From the NCBI RefSeq assembly GCF_001189295.1, contig NZ_CP012159.1:3204973-3236972 (forward strand): a stretch of DNA of 32,000 nt, read 5' to 3'. Source of the DNA: Chondromyces crocatus (GTDB lineage: Bacteria; Myxococcota_A; Polyangia; Polyangiales; Polyangiaceae). The translations under genes were made by a program, and so were the position numbers. Shown piece after piece: positions 14,020-23,541 of this stretch. The notes below the pieces were generated by a model. That model was not told where the DNA came from, did no database searches, and saw nothing but the letters and a program-made list of their open reading frames with translations. Positions within the stretch are counted from its first letter, which is position 1, and every line of letters begins with the position of its first letter.

Positions 14020-14244
14020 ATGAAAACCGAAGGTCAACTTCTACTCGGCAACCTCGCGCGTGCGCACACCGAATCCTGGATCGCCCGCCGATGTCACGTC
14101 AGCCAGCCTGTTGTGAGCCGCTGGCTTCGGGGAAGCCGAAAGCCGAATTATGAGAACCGCCGAAGCCTGCTGCTGAAATTCGACATCGCCATGGAGGCGT
14201 GGGACCGCCCTGGCTGCGAAGCGCAGCACCAGGAGGTGGCATGA
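14020..14244 (+). CDS. Small HTH protein, paralogue 1
   Basis: MKTEGQLLLGNLARAHTESWIARRCHVSQPVVSRWLRGSRKPNYENRRSLLLKFDIAMEAWD... It is collinear with the next ORF. Confidence 0.6.
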   Translation: MKTEGQLLLGNLARAHTESWIARRCHVSQPVVSRWLRGSRKPNYENRRSLLLKFDIAMEAWDRPGCEAQHQEVA

Positions 14245-14447
14245 TGACGCAGGGACAGCGGCAACTGCTTCGCCTCGCGCACAAGTTTTCCGAGGTGCGC
14301 ATCGCGCGAAAGTGTGGGGTCGGTCAGTCGACCATCAGCATGTGGATCTCGGGCAGGCGCAAGCCCAACTACGAAAGCAGAAAGACCCTGCTCGAACTCT
14401 ACGACATCCCGATGGCTGCGTGGGACCTGCCCCTGGAGGACAAGTGA
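14241..14447 (+). CDS. Small HTH protein, paralogue 2
   Basis: AGGAGG at 14231-14236. MMTQGQRQLLRLAHKFSEVRIARKCGVGQSTISMWISGRRKPNYESRKTLLELYDIPMAAWD. Its start overlaps paralogue 1's stop. Confidence 0.65.
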   Translation: MMTQGQRQLLRLAHKFSEVRIARKCGVGQSTISMWISGRRKPNYESRKTLLELYDIPMAAWDLPLEDK

Positions 14448-15517
14448 GCTTCACCGAAGGGCAGTACCTCGCGGAGGAGCGCGCGGCTCTGCAGGGCGAG
14501 ACATCGCCCGCCCCCTTCCATTGGATCGGCACGCGTACGATCTTCGCGCGCCTCCCTCCTACCCGCTGGCTGGTGCCCGCCCTTCAGCTCTGCCAGGGCA
14601 GGCCGGCCATGCTCGCGGCCTACGGTTCGACGGGCAAGACGCTCGCGGCTCAATCCCTTGCGCTCGCAGTTTCTGCGCGGCGGCGCGTCTGGAGCGCGTT
14701 CGACTGCCCAGCCGCCCTCACCGTGCGCCACGTCGACCACGAACAGGGGCGGCACGCCACCCTCAAGCGCTACCAGCGGCTCGCTCTCGGCATGGATCTC
14801 ACTCCCGAGGACATCGACGGACGCTTGCAGGTCTCTGTTTATCCTTCGGTCTATCTCAACCTTGCTGACGCCGAGGATGCCTACGCCAAAGCCTGTGAAG
14901 GGGTAGACCTCGTGATCATCGACGCGCTCAAGGGCGCCACGCCTGGTGTCGATGAGAACGATTCGAAGATCCGCCACTGCATCGACACGCTGAGCCGCGT
15001 CTCTGACAGGACGGGAACCACCTTCCTGATCATCCATCACTCGGGCAAACCGAAAGAGAGCCATGCCGATGCTCGCACGGTGCCGCGCGGCTCCAGCGCC
15101 ATCTTCGACGCCTGCGGCTCAGTGCTCGTCATGCTCGGCGAGAAGGGAAAGCCAAAGCTGGTCCGACACGAGAAGGTCGCCGCGGAAGCCGAGGGAGGCG
15201 CGCTGGAGGACTTCTACCTCGTCATCGAGGATGTTTGTCGCGGCGCCGATCCGCGTGCGGGTGTCCGCGTCGTCCACAAAACGCTCGGAGAGACCGAGCC
15301 CAGCGACAGCGGTGCCGAAGCCATGGCCGAGCGGTTTGAGGCATTGAAACGGCACATTCTCGACGTCGTCCGCCGACACGGCAGCATCGCTAGTAAGAAC
15401 GGCATCTGTGAGCGCGTACCAGGGACGCGAACCACGAAGCTCAGCGCCATCCAAGAACTGCTCGACGAGCGAAGGCTCGTGGAAGTGAACGGGAGCTTTC
15501 GCGTTACCGAGCGCTGA
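14444..15517 (+). CDS. RecA-fold P-loop ATPase of the RepA/AAA_25 type (putative replicative helicase/initiator) with a C-terminal wHTH
   Basis: GTG at 14444 overlaps the previous TGA, with GGAGGA at 14435. Walker A AAYGSTGKTL. Walker B DLVIIDAL. FLIIHHSGKP. C-terminus HILDVVRRHGSIASKNGICERV...ELLDERRLVEV. Confidence 0.75.
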   Translation: MSFTEGQYLAEERAALQGETSPAPFHWIGTRTIFARLPPTRWLVPALQLCQGRPAMLAAYGSTGKTLAAQSLALAVSARRRVWSAFDCPAALTVRHVDHEQGRHATLKRYQRLALGMDLTPEDIDGRLQVSVYPSVYLNLADAEDAYAKACEGVDLVIIDALKGATPGVDENDSKIRHCIDTLSRVSDRTGTTFLIIHHSGKPKESHADARTVPRGSSAIFDACGSVLVMLGEKGKPKLVRHEKVAAEAEGGALEDFYLVIEDVCRGADPRAGVRVVHKTLGETEPSDSGAEAMAERFEALKRHILDVVRRHGSIASKNGICERVPGTRTTKLSAIQELLDERRLVEVNGSFRVTER

Positions 15518-15800
15518 AGCAGAGCGCAAAAGACTCCACGGCGCGCGAGCACGAGAGCCTTGTCCATTCCGGAAGGGAGCCAGCACCCCGCCCCGTCTAC
15601 GGGCGGCAAGGTATTCGTATCGGCCTAGCAGACTGGGCCGCTATATCCCTGGCACACCCCTTAAAGAAATTCCGGCAAGGGGACCTCGGGTGTCGTCACG
15701 ACCCTACGAACCCAGCCGCACCCGCCGGCCTGGGTGCGTGGCGACGGACACACGTGCCCGACAACCAAGCGACCTTGAGAGTCCCCGCGTGCTGGCGTCG

Positions 15801-15826
15801 TAACTCACCGCCAGAACGGTGAGTTA
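15801..15826. terminator. Perfect 10-bp-stem hairpin between the RepA-like gene and the ssrA 3' end (possible bidirectional terminator)
   Basis: taactcaccg-ccagaa-cggtgagtta. There is no U-tract on either strand, so the terminator function is uncertain. Confidence 0.4.
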
Positions 15827-15890
15827 TGCCCCCACGAAATTTATCGGGTCACAATCAGGGCACAAAAGATAAAAAACCACGAGCAAAACA

Positions 15891-16235
<345 letters not shown>

Positions 16236-16359
16236 GTGGTGCCTTCGAGACAGCTCGATGACGTCCCCAATCTGACCTTGGAGACGCAATTTGTCAATCC
16301 TCTTACACTCGCCTCAGCCCATCCTCGCCCCACCGACCGAACGGTGGGAACGGCTGGAT

Positions 16360-16848
16360 TCAGGCCGCCCGGAAACGGATCGATGGCGCTCTCGGCGCTG
16401 CGGGGATGATGGCGGACAGAGGCGCCTGGGATTGAGGTGCCGCGTCCCGGGATGGCTCTGGTGAAGTCGCCGGGGAGGGGAGCTCCAGCAGCATCTGCAA
16501 CGTATCTCCGTACGTCGCTCCTCGGATGAGCTTCCCTTGCCGGAGCTGCTTCACGTCGCACGCCATCGCCGTGGGGGCCGCGGTCTTTTCGGTCTCGCCG
16601 ACGTAGATCCACTCACTCACCACCGTTGCTCCGGCCTCGTGCACGCTGGTCAGCTCGACCTGCGCTCCAGGAAAGGCCTCTGCGGAGCTTCGCAGCAGTG
16701 CCGTGACGGCTTCTCGACCCCGGATCAGCTCTCCCCGTGCGGCGTGGAACCACTCCACGGCAGGGGACAGGAGGGCGGAGAGCGCCTCCCAGTCCCGACG
16801 GTTGTAGGCGTTGTAGAAGTTCCGGGTGATCTCGGCGTTTCGACCCAT
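16360..16848 (-). CDS. SnoaL/NTF2-like fold protein
   Basis: From ATG 16848: MGRNAEITRNFYNAYNRRDWEALSALLSPAVEWFH...GREAVTALL. This fits the SnoaL_2-type pattern. The C-terminal tail is low-complexity, so the 3' extent is less certain. Confidence 0.6.
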   Translation of the reverse strand: MGRNAEITRNFYNAYNRRDWEALSALLSPAVEWFHAARGELIRGREAVTALLRSSAEAFPGAQVELTSVHEAGATVVSEWIYVGETEKTAAPTAMACDVKQLRQGKLIRGATYGDTLQMLLELPSPATSPEPSRDAAPQSQAPLSAIIPAAPRAPSIRFRAA

Positions 16849-17068
16849 GACAACCTCTGCCCCCAGCGATCTCGACGGGCAGATTGCATAACTCACGCCA
16901 GGCAGTTTCTGCGGGAGTCACCTCGGGGACAGGGGGATAGCTGCCTGGGGGAGGGGAACTGAAGAACCAGGGGGGTGGATCATCTGGGCCCCGGGGATTC
17001 TCATCCACGCCTCAACCCTTTCACGACCTCCACGCTCACGCACCTGCAAGCGCTGTGTCCGTCGACCC

Positions 17069-17857
17069 TCACGGGGGCAGCAGGCCGAGCTCAGGCAGCG
17101 CTCCCCCGCCTCGCACATACTCCACGATGACCTGACTCATCACCTTGTCGGCCTTCTCGCATTTCTGCGACACCGAGCCCATCGTGGCACCCTTGCACTC
17201 TCGCCGGCGGTCACCGACGGCCTTCCCCACCTTCTCGTCGGCCTCGAGCGCAGTGCGGGTCTTCTCGTCGAGGCTCTTCCACGGAACGGGAGGGAACTTC
17301 GGCTTCACCTGGACCTTCATCCGCAGCTCACCGCCCGACAGGGAGGCACACGTCCCGTCCCACCTCAGCACGTCGTAACCACCGCTCGCCCCGCTCACCA
17401 TCATCCCTCCCGTATCGGCGGAGCGATGCATGAGAATCAGCACCTCCTCGTCGAAGGCGAGCTTGTCATTCGACGACATCCCTCCGGACGCGTTCCATGC
17501 CTCGATGTCCCCTGCGACATAGCCTCGGCTGAATGGCGTCCCTTTGCCCAGCAGGGTGAGTGCGACGTCGGGATGGAAGCCCTGGCAAAGTCGCTTCGCG
17601 AATGCCGGAGGAGGCAGACACAGCTTCCCATCGCCAACGCCTTCCGCGCATTGCGTCGGCACGCGCCTGGCCGCCTCCTCGTCCGCTTTCTTCTTGGCCT
17701 CTGCGGCGACGTCCTCGGGAGAGGGCTCTTTCTCGACGGCTGCCTGACTCGAACTCTCCGTGTCGGGCGCTTTGGGCGCAGGGGCAGCCGCATTTCCTCC
17801 GCACGCACAGCAGAAACTCAGGGCAGTGAGCGCGAGGGCTGAGAACTGGAAATCCAT
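17069..17857 (-). CDS. Secreted lipoprotein, hypothetical
   Basis: MDFQFSALALTALSFCCACGG (signal peptide plus lipobox), an acidic/Lys-rich linker, then a Cys-containing globular part. Confidence 0.7.
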   Translation of the reverse strand: MDFQFSALALTALSFCCACGGNAAAPAPKAPDTESSSQAAVEKEPSPEDVAAEAKKKADEEAARRVPTQCAEGVGDGKLCLPPPAFAKRLCQGFHPDVALTLLGKGTPFSRGYVAGDIEAWNASGGMSSNDKLAFDEEVLILMHRSADTGGMMVSGASGGYDVLRWDGTCASLSGGELRMKVQVKPKFPPVPWKSLDEKTRTALEADEKVGKAVGDRRRECKGATMGSVSQKCEKADKVMSQVIVEYVRGGGALPELGLLPP

Positions 17858-17944
17858 GCGCCGAAGCTACCGGACTGCGCTGCTCCCAGCGCGAAGAAAA
17901 TGATGAACGAATCCGAGGGAGCAGCCGGTGTTGGGACGCCGGGA

Positions 17945-19513
17945 TCAACGCTGGGCGGGTATGGCTTTTCCGTCGAACTCGATGACCGCCGACGTCGCCT
18001 GCTCTTGCGTACGAGGCCAGAGGACCTGACCACCTTCGAGGTGATTGTAGCGATAGAGCTGCGCAGCGACCCGCTGGGTTCCGCTCGCCGTCTGCACGTC
18101 GACCTGGATCGTCTCGGCCATCGGGGGTCGATGGAGCGTCACGGGATCGAGGAAGGTCGCCACACCGTCCGGGCTGACACGGACGCGATCGTAGGTTCTG
18201 TCGAGGACCTCGGGAGGGAACACCACGCTGGCGCTTCCGAGCTGCTGCATTCGCTGAAACAGCCCGCGGAAGGTGTAGTCACTGATCCAGATGGGCACAC
18301 AGTAGCCCATCAGGTCCGTGAAGACGGTCGGATCATAGAGCTGTCGCGTGAGGATATTGTATCCCCAGCTTCCGATTCCCCCGTCCGAGTAGGGAAAGCT
18401 CGGATCGGGACCCCCTGCTCCGCCGCATGGTGAGTGATTGCGGCCGTGGGTGTGGCCGATCTCGTGCACGGCCGTCTCGGTGTCCATGTTGTCTTCGGGA
18501 TACCCGAGACCGATGGCGGCCCGCGCATAGCTATCCTGCGGCGCGGCGACGAAGCCGAGGCCGGCCACGCAGCCGCCACCACAGAACTGGTCCTTGGTGG
18601 GGCTCGGCATGAACACGCCATAGTAATAAGTATTCGGGTCGGGCCCCTGCTGCGTCCGGTAGGAGGCCAGCGCGTCCAGGACCTGATCCCAGCCCGAACC
18701 ATTGGCACCGATCGCGAGGTTCCACGCCATCGGCTGCTGCGCCACGACATCCACGCTCGTGGCTGGGTACATGGCGTAGAAGTAATCCTGATATCGTCGG
18801 AGCTGCGCGGGGGACAGGTCGGGCACCCGATTCGAGCCATCGGCGCCATAGGAGATCGGCACGATATCGATCCTGAGGAGCGCCGGTGTCGCCGCGACAG
18901 GGACGGTATCGAAGCCCGCCGTCGGGTACTTGGCTGCAGGATTGTCGAGAGGCGACTCGCTGGGCCGCTGCAAGAGCTCGACGCGGTAAGAGATCGCGCC
19001 CAGCACCAGATCGGCCGTCAGATTGAAGTTGATGGTGCTGCTCAGGTTCGGCTCGATCGAGGTCGGGAACAGCCGATCCGTCACCACCTCGAGCGTCGTG
19101 ACGCCATCCAGATGCAATCGCGCCGTGATCGGGCCACCATTGTAGTTCGCGTCGACGTCGTAAAATACCCGGAGCACCGCATCGCGGCCGAAGACGATGG
19201 GGATCGTGGACGACGACGCGACGCCGTTCTGCATCAGAGGGCGTTTGACCCCCTGAGACAGCGCCACCTCACGCACGCTGACCCCAGCGGCGCCCACCAT
19301 CGGTGTCGGATCCACGCCGCTGCTGGACGAACCCATGCCACTGCCGCTCGTAGGGCCCGAGCCTGGGCCTCCGGTCGTCGAGCCCCCGGACCCAGAGTTC
19401 CCTTCTCCGTAGATCACCAGATCATCGGCACCCGTGATCGCGTTGCAGGCGACCGTGCTGAGAGCCAGAGCGAAGGCGAGCCCGGTTGTGGACAGGGAAG
19501 GGGGAGGCGCCAT
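17945..19513 (-). CDS. Secreted metzincin-type zinc metalloprotease lipoprotein
   Basis: LAFALALSTVAC lipobox, a Gly/Ser-rich linker, and HEIGHTHGRNH (HExxHxxGxxH). Confidence 0.75.
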   Translation of the reverse strand: MAPPPSLSTTGLAFALALSTVACNAITGADDLVIYGEGNSGSGGSTTGGPGSGPTSGSGMGSSSSGVDPTPMVGAAGVSVREVALSQGVKRPLMQNGVASSSTIPIVFGRDAVLRVFYDVDANYNGGPITARLHLDGVTTLEVVTDRLFPTSIEPNLSSTINFNLTADLVLGAISYRVELLQRPSESPLDNPAAKYPTAGFDTVPVAATPALLRIDIVPISYGADGSNRVPDLSPAQLRRYQDYFYAMYPATSVDVVAQQPMAWNLAIGANGSGWDQVLDALASYRTQQGPDPNTYYYGVFMPSPTKDQFCGGGCVAGLGFVAAPQDSYARAAIGLGYPEDNMDTETAVHEIGHTHGRNHSPCGGAGGPDPSFPYSDGGIGSWGYNILTRQLYDPTVFTDLMGYCVPIWISDYTFRGLFQRMQQLGSASVVFPPEVLDRTYDRVRVSPDGVATFLDPVTLHRPPMAETIQVDVQTASGTQRVAAQLYRYNHLEGGQVLWPRTQEQATSAVIEFDGKAIPAQR

Positions 19514-19583
19514 GAGGGGCGCGCATTATCCCGCGGTCTCCCGGCAGACCCAAGGACGAACCGCCTCCTTTCCGTGGGCCTCG

Positions 19584-21062
19584 TTACTCGGCAGCTCTGG
19601 CTTGCCAGCCGGCGTAGGCTTCCATCAAGGCCAGGTACACCCAGCGCCCCAGCACCTCGGCGCCCGCGCTCGACGGATGTGCCAGATCGGCCCCGCCCAG
19701 CCCTCGTTGTGCCCACACGCCCATCGAGCCCGGCCCACCCATCGCGGTGAGCGTATCCCAGAAACCGCAGCCCACCTCGCCTGCGACCTTGCGCTGGATC
19801 GCCGCGAGCTTCGGGATCACCGGCCGGCTCCGGTACACATCGCCGCGCCGATCGGCCCGATCCATCGGACCCACCAGCAAACAGGACGAACCGGGCAGCG
19901 CAGCGCGCACCTGATCCAGCACCGCCTTCATCGTCTGCTCGTACTGGTCCAGCGGGTACAGCTCGCCGTCTTCGCTCTCGTTCATCCCGAACTGGAACAC
20001 CGTGAGCGCAGGCGCCCGTGCTTGCAGCTGCTGCGCGAAGTGCGCGTCGTCGCTCTTGTCGAGGAACCGAATGCGGCAGCCCTGGATGCCGATCGCGTCC
20101 AGCACCACACCCGGCACGTCACGCTCCATCCACACCCCGAAGGTGCGCACATTGGGCCCGAGCGCGCGCACCTCCAGCTCGTGCGGACCATCGGGGACCT
20201 CGTACACCTTCAGCAAGGCCCGGGGCGCCTCCCCGTCCGTGTCGACCTCTTCCCGCGGAGCGCCGTCGATCTTGATGGCCATGCGCCCGCCACCCGGATG
20301 TTCCAGGTAATCGAGCACGAACCGCGACACGGCGCGGCCGAACGCGCCCTCCTTCGTCGTCGAGAACCGCGAGAAGACGCCGGCACCTTGCGAGCGGAAC
20401 GAGACCCCGCCGAGCCCGTACAGGCCATCCTCCGCGAAGGGCCCGACCACGCGACTCACCTGCCACCCTGGCGCGGCGAAGCGCACCACGTCGTTGTGGA
20501 AGTACCCGGGCCAAGCGTTCGCCATCAGCATGAAGCCGTGGCCAGCATCGCCGAACCGCTTCTGCAGCTTCCGTCGGAGCGTCGCCGTGACGAAGTCGCT
20601 CGCGACGATCGAGTCGCCGAAGTAGGTGATGCGCGCGATGGATCCGGCTTCCTTTCGCTCGGTCGCGGCCAGCGACTTGAAGAAAGCATCCAGCGCGTGG
20701 CCACCCGGATCCTCGATCGACCTCGGCGGCTTCTCCTCCGTCACGCTGGAAGGCAGTACCGCTGCCGCCGCCGGAGGAATCTCCGGCTCCTCGGGCTGCT
20801 GGAGCTCGGCCTGCTCGGTGGTCTCCACCTGCAGCGCCGCTTCACCCACCGACGTCATCGGCGCTGGTGTCGGCACCGCGACCAGCCCTTCGCCCTCCGG
20901 CAGCGGCGACAGCAAGCGCAGCCGCTCGAGGCGAGGGATCCCGTAAGGAATCGCCACCAGCAACCCCAGCGTCGCCAGCGCCAGCGTCGCCTTGGACAGC
21001 AGGCCGTTCCTGCCCTGCTCCTGCTCTCGCGCCGGGGCAGGCCCGGCGCTCTCCGCGGTCAC
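19584..21062 (-). CDS. Membrane-anchored SGNH/GDSL-family hydrolase
   Basis: N-terminal TM segment LALATLGLLVAI. Block I ITYFGDSIV. Block III FQFGMNES. Block V GGADLAHPS. Its GTG start overlaps the upstream stop (GTGA). Confidence 0.7.
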   Translation of the reverse strand: MTAESAGPAPAREQEQGRNGLLSKATLALATLGLLVAIPYGIPRLERLRLLSPLPEGEGLVAVPTPAPMTSVGEAALQVETTEQAELQQPEEPEIPPAAAAVLPSSVTEEKPPRSIEDPGGHALDAFFKSLAATERKEAGSIARITYFGDSIVASDFVTATLRRKLQKRFGDAGHGFMLMANAWPGYFHNDVVRFAAPGWQVSRVVGPFAEDGLYGLGGVSFRSQGAGVFSRFSTTKEGAFGRAVSRFVLDYLEHPGGGRMAIKIDGAPREEVDTDGEAPRALLKVYEVPDGPHELEVRALGPNVRTFGVWMERDVPGVVLDAIGIQGCRIRFLDKSDDAHFAQQLQARAPALTVFQFGMNESEDGELYPLDQYEQTMKAVLDQVRAALPGSSCLLVGPMDRADRRGDVYRSRPVIPKLAAIQRKVAGEVGCGFWDTLTAMGGPGSMGVWAQRGLGGADLAHPSSAGAEVLGRWVYLALMEAYAGWQARAAE

Positions 21063-22549
21063 TGCCCGGCTGCCTCTCTCTGCTTCAGCATCGCCGTGGC
21101 GCGATCACGACACGCCTTGTCTTCCATGTGGGAGCAGTAAGCGCGGAGCAGCTTGATCTCCTCGATGGTCGCTCTGCCGCCCCACACCTTCGGCTCCAGC
21201 TGCCTCCGCTGCGCCGCGTAGCCACTCAACTCCGGCACCTGGGCCGCTGCCGTCTCTTGCGTCTTCGACGTCGTGGTCGGGCTCTGGTTCGGCGCCGTCT
21301 TCGACGTCGGCGTCGTGGTGGCCGTTCCACCCGGCGGTCGCTTCTGGTTCGGGCGCATCCGCTCGGGCGGGGGTGGCAACGTGGGATCCTGCTCCACCAC
21401 GACGGCCATCAGCTCGATGGCTCGGTCCCTCAGGTTCGCATCGACCGTCGGCGTCCCGGCAACGCTCGCGAGCAGCTCGTAGCGCTGCGCGGTGGACAGG
21501 CTCCCATCCTGACCCCGCTCGATGTTGCGCTGCGCCCAGCGGTTCTCCACCTCGCGGAACAGCGGATCCTGGCGCACGACGGACGCCTCCGGGATCTGCT
21601 GCGCAAGGTCGTGGGCTTTGTCGTACTCCCCTCGGTCCAGCGCCTCTTTCGCTCGCTGCAGCAGTCCCCGCTCTTGATCTTCGGGCCGTGTCGCGGCCGC
21701 GCCCTCCACCTGCTTGCCGTCGTCGGTCGGCGTGTGGGTGATGGCGAAAATCGCGGCGCCGCCAAGCGCCACCAGCAGCACGAGCGCCACGGCGATCTTC
21801 CAGGTCCCGCCCCCGCCTCGCAGACCCGACTGCGCCCCGTGCGCACCCGCCGGTGTCACCACGGGGTTCAAGAGGGAGGTCTCGACCGGCCGGAAGATCT
21901 TCCCTGCGCCCACGAAGCGCAGCCGGACGTCTCCGAGCTCGAGCGCATCCCCTGCTTCCAGCAGACCGCGCTTCAGCTCCACGCCGTTGATGCGGATCCC
22001 GTTCGCGCTGCCCTGATCGATGACCTCATAGCGGCCCTTGTCGATCTTCAGCAGCTCGGCGTGCAACCGGCTGACGGAGCTGTGATTGATGGAGACGCTG
22101 CACTCCTCGGAGCGACCGATGTTCAGCCGCTCCCCATCCAGCGCGAACTCGGCGCCTGGCGTCGGCCCGACGATCATCACCAGCCGATCGGGTCGCGTGT
22201 GCAGCGGCGAGAGCGTCGTCCCTCGACCCTCCGGCGCCGGCGTCGGCACGGCCAGCAGCGACTCGTCGATCACCTCCAGCCGGTAGTCACCGAGCTGCAC
22301 CAGGTCGGCGTGGCGGAGGTGCTGATCCCCGGCGACGCGGACACCGTTGACGAACGTGCCGTTGTAGCTATCGAGGTCGCGAACCGTCCATCCCTGGCCG
22401 TTCTTCGACAGGACCGCGTGCTTGCGCGAGATGTTGCGATCCGTGAGGCGGATCGAGTTTGCCTCGTCGCGGCCTAGCGCATACTCATCGTGGGCGAGAG
22501 GGAGCGTCGTTTGCTTTCCCTCGTCGTCCTCGATCGTCAGCTTCCACAT
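21059..22549 (-). CDS. Double-FHA-domain membrane protein
   Basis: From ATG 22549. FHA1: LGRDEANSIRLTDRNISRKHAVL...YNGTFVNG. FHA2: IGRSEECSVSINHSSVSRLHAEL...SANGIRINGV. TM segment WKIAVALVLLVALGGAAIFAI. The C-terminal part is helical and periplasmic. Confidence 0.8.
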   Translation of the reverse strand: MWKLTIEDDEGKQTTLPLAHDEYALGRDEANSIRLTDRNISRKHAVLSKNGQGWTVRDLDSYNGTFVNGVRVAGDQHLRHADLVQLGDYRLEVIDESLLAVPTPAPEGRGTTLSPLHTRPDRLVMIVGPTPGAEFALDGERLNIGRSEECSVSINHSSVSRLHAELLKIDKGRYEVIDQGSANGIRINGVELKRGLLEAGDALELGDVRLRFVGAGKIFRPVETSLLNPVVTPAGAHGAQSGLRGGGGTWKIAVALVLLVALGGAAIFAITHTPTDDGKQVEGAAATRPEDQERGLLQRAKEALDRGEYDKAHDLAQQIPEASVVRQDPLFREVENRWAQRNIERGQDGSLSTAQRYELLASVAGTPTVDANLRDRAIELMAVVVEQDPTLPPPPERMRPNQKRPPGGTATTTPTSKTAPNQSPTTTSKTQETAAAQVPELSGYAAQRRQLEPKVWGGRATIEEIKLLRAYCSHMEDKACRDRATAMLKQREAAGQ

Positions 22550-22814
22550 GGCAGAAGGGCTTTGGGGGGGGGAGCCGGCTCGTCCGTTGATTTGCGATCG
22601 GTCGCCCGGCGGGCCGGGCGCGCCCCTCTGAGAGGGCTTTCCGCGAGGCCGCACTACTTTAGCGAGGCCTGCTCCCGAAACGCAACGCCGCTGGGGCCTC
22701 TGCGCTCCGTCCCTGCGTCACAAGCCAGCGGAAGTCGACCCGCAGGGGGTCCTGGCGCCTCCCGGAAAAATCCGGCGCTGGTGAGAAAGAGGGGTTATTG
22801 CGGAATGCCCAGGC

Positions 22815-22830
22815 GACGCCGGGAGGCGTC
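22815..22830 (-). terminator. Short hairpin just downstream of the AIM24 operon
   Basis: gacgcc-ggga-ggcgtc begins 5 nt after the stop at 22835. There is no U-tract. Confidence 0.3.
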
Positions 22831-22834
22831 TCCT

Positions 22835-23524
22835 TCAGTCGCCGCGGGCCTCGACCCGGCGGAAAGGATGCATGAACGACGCGAGCGCGCTCGGATTTCG
22901 CGTCTGCATCCAGAGGCGCCCCTGCCCCTGGAACTCGCAGACGAGCCCCTCGCCGGAGAGGAAGAGGCTCTTCAAGCCGCCCAGCTTGCGGACCTGGTAC
23001 TGCAACCCGGCCGTGAACCCGACCAGGTGCGTGTTGTCGCAGATGTACCCGCGGTACGCCTGGCCGATGTCGACCGTGTGCAGCGCACCGTACGACGAGA
23101 ACCAGATCAGCCCCTGCCCGTAAGCTCGCAGCAGGAAGAACCCGCCCGCGAAGAACCCCTTCGCGCCTTGCCACTTCGTGTCGAGCGTCACGCCGGGCGT
23201 CGAGGCCAGGTAAGCGCCGGACTGCAGGAAGATCTCCATCCCCGGCTGCAGCGTCACGCACTCGACCGCCCCTTCGGGGGCTGGCGCGACCCACATCGTC
23301 TGCATCGGCGCCGTGGCCGTGAACGTGTTCTGGAACAAGCTCTCGCCGCCGAGCAGCTTCCGCTTCAGCGCACCACCGAGACCACCTTGCAGGTTGGTCT
23401 TCATGTCGATCGCCGTGTCGCGAGCGACCATCGCGCCGCTCTCGGTGATGATCTGCTCGCCGGGTTGATCGAACGTCACCTGAAGGACGCCGAAGTCAGG
23501 GTTGTGACGGATCTCTTGCCGCAC
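22835..23524 (-). CDS. AIM24/TIGR00266 (DUF124) family protein, paralogue 3
   Basis: GTG at 23524 with GGAGG 5 nt upstream. LQVTFDQPGEQIITESGAMVARD...GGESLFQNTF...SGEGLVCEFQGQGRLWMQTRN. Confidence 0.8.
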   Translation of the reverse strand: MRQEIRHNPDFGVLQVTFDQPGEQIITESGAMVARDTAIDMKTNLQGGLGGALKRKLLGGESLFQNTFTATAPMQTMWVAPAPEGAVECVTLQPGMEIFLQSGAYLASTPGVTLDTKWQGAKGFFAGGFFLLRAYGQGLIWFSSYGALHTVDIGQAYRGYICDNTHLVGFTAGLQYQVRKLGGLKSLFLSGEGLVCEFQGQGRLWMQTRNPSALASFMHPFRRVEARGD

Positions 23525-23541
23525 GTGATCCTCCGGTCCTT

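Larger units (their letters stand above)
1..15890. mobile_element. Temperate-phage-like integrative element adjoining the 3' end of ssrA. The left boundary is outside the window or unresolved.
   Basis: Contains a tyrosine integrase, an excisionase-like HTH protein, a divergent CI/Cro-type pair with operators, a RepA-like ATPase, terminase-like genes and lower-G+C moron genes. The right edge abuts the tmRNA 3' end, a classic integration target. I could not find a second copy of the tmRNA 3' end in the window. Confidence 0.6.

Noticed and set aside
14312-14443. Upstream extensions of ORFs as listed in the track (14312 for the RepA-like gene, 29864 for the PARG-like gene, 22654 for the FHA gene, 23662 for AIM24 paralogue 3, 26052-27059 for the coiled-coil protein)
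   Set aside because: The extensions overlap neighbouring genes in other frames and are of low complexity. Internal starts with SD-like sequences or stop/start coupling give products that begin at the conserved domains.
18434-22477. Very long plus-strand ORFs (18434-19750, 19434-21140, 20867-22477) lying antisense to the metzincin, SGNH and FHA genes
   Set aside because: Their products are Arg/Pro/His/Gly-rich and of low complexity, with no motifs. They mirror well-supported minus-strand genes. These are typical shadow ORFs of high-G+C DNA.
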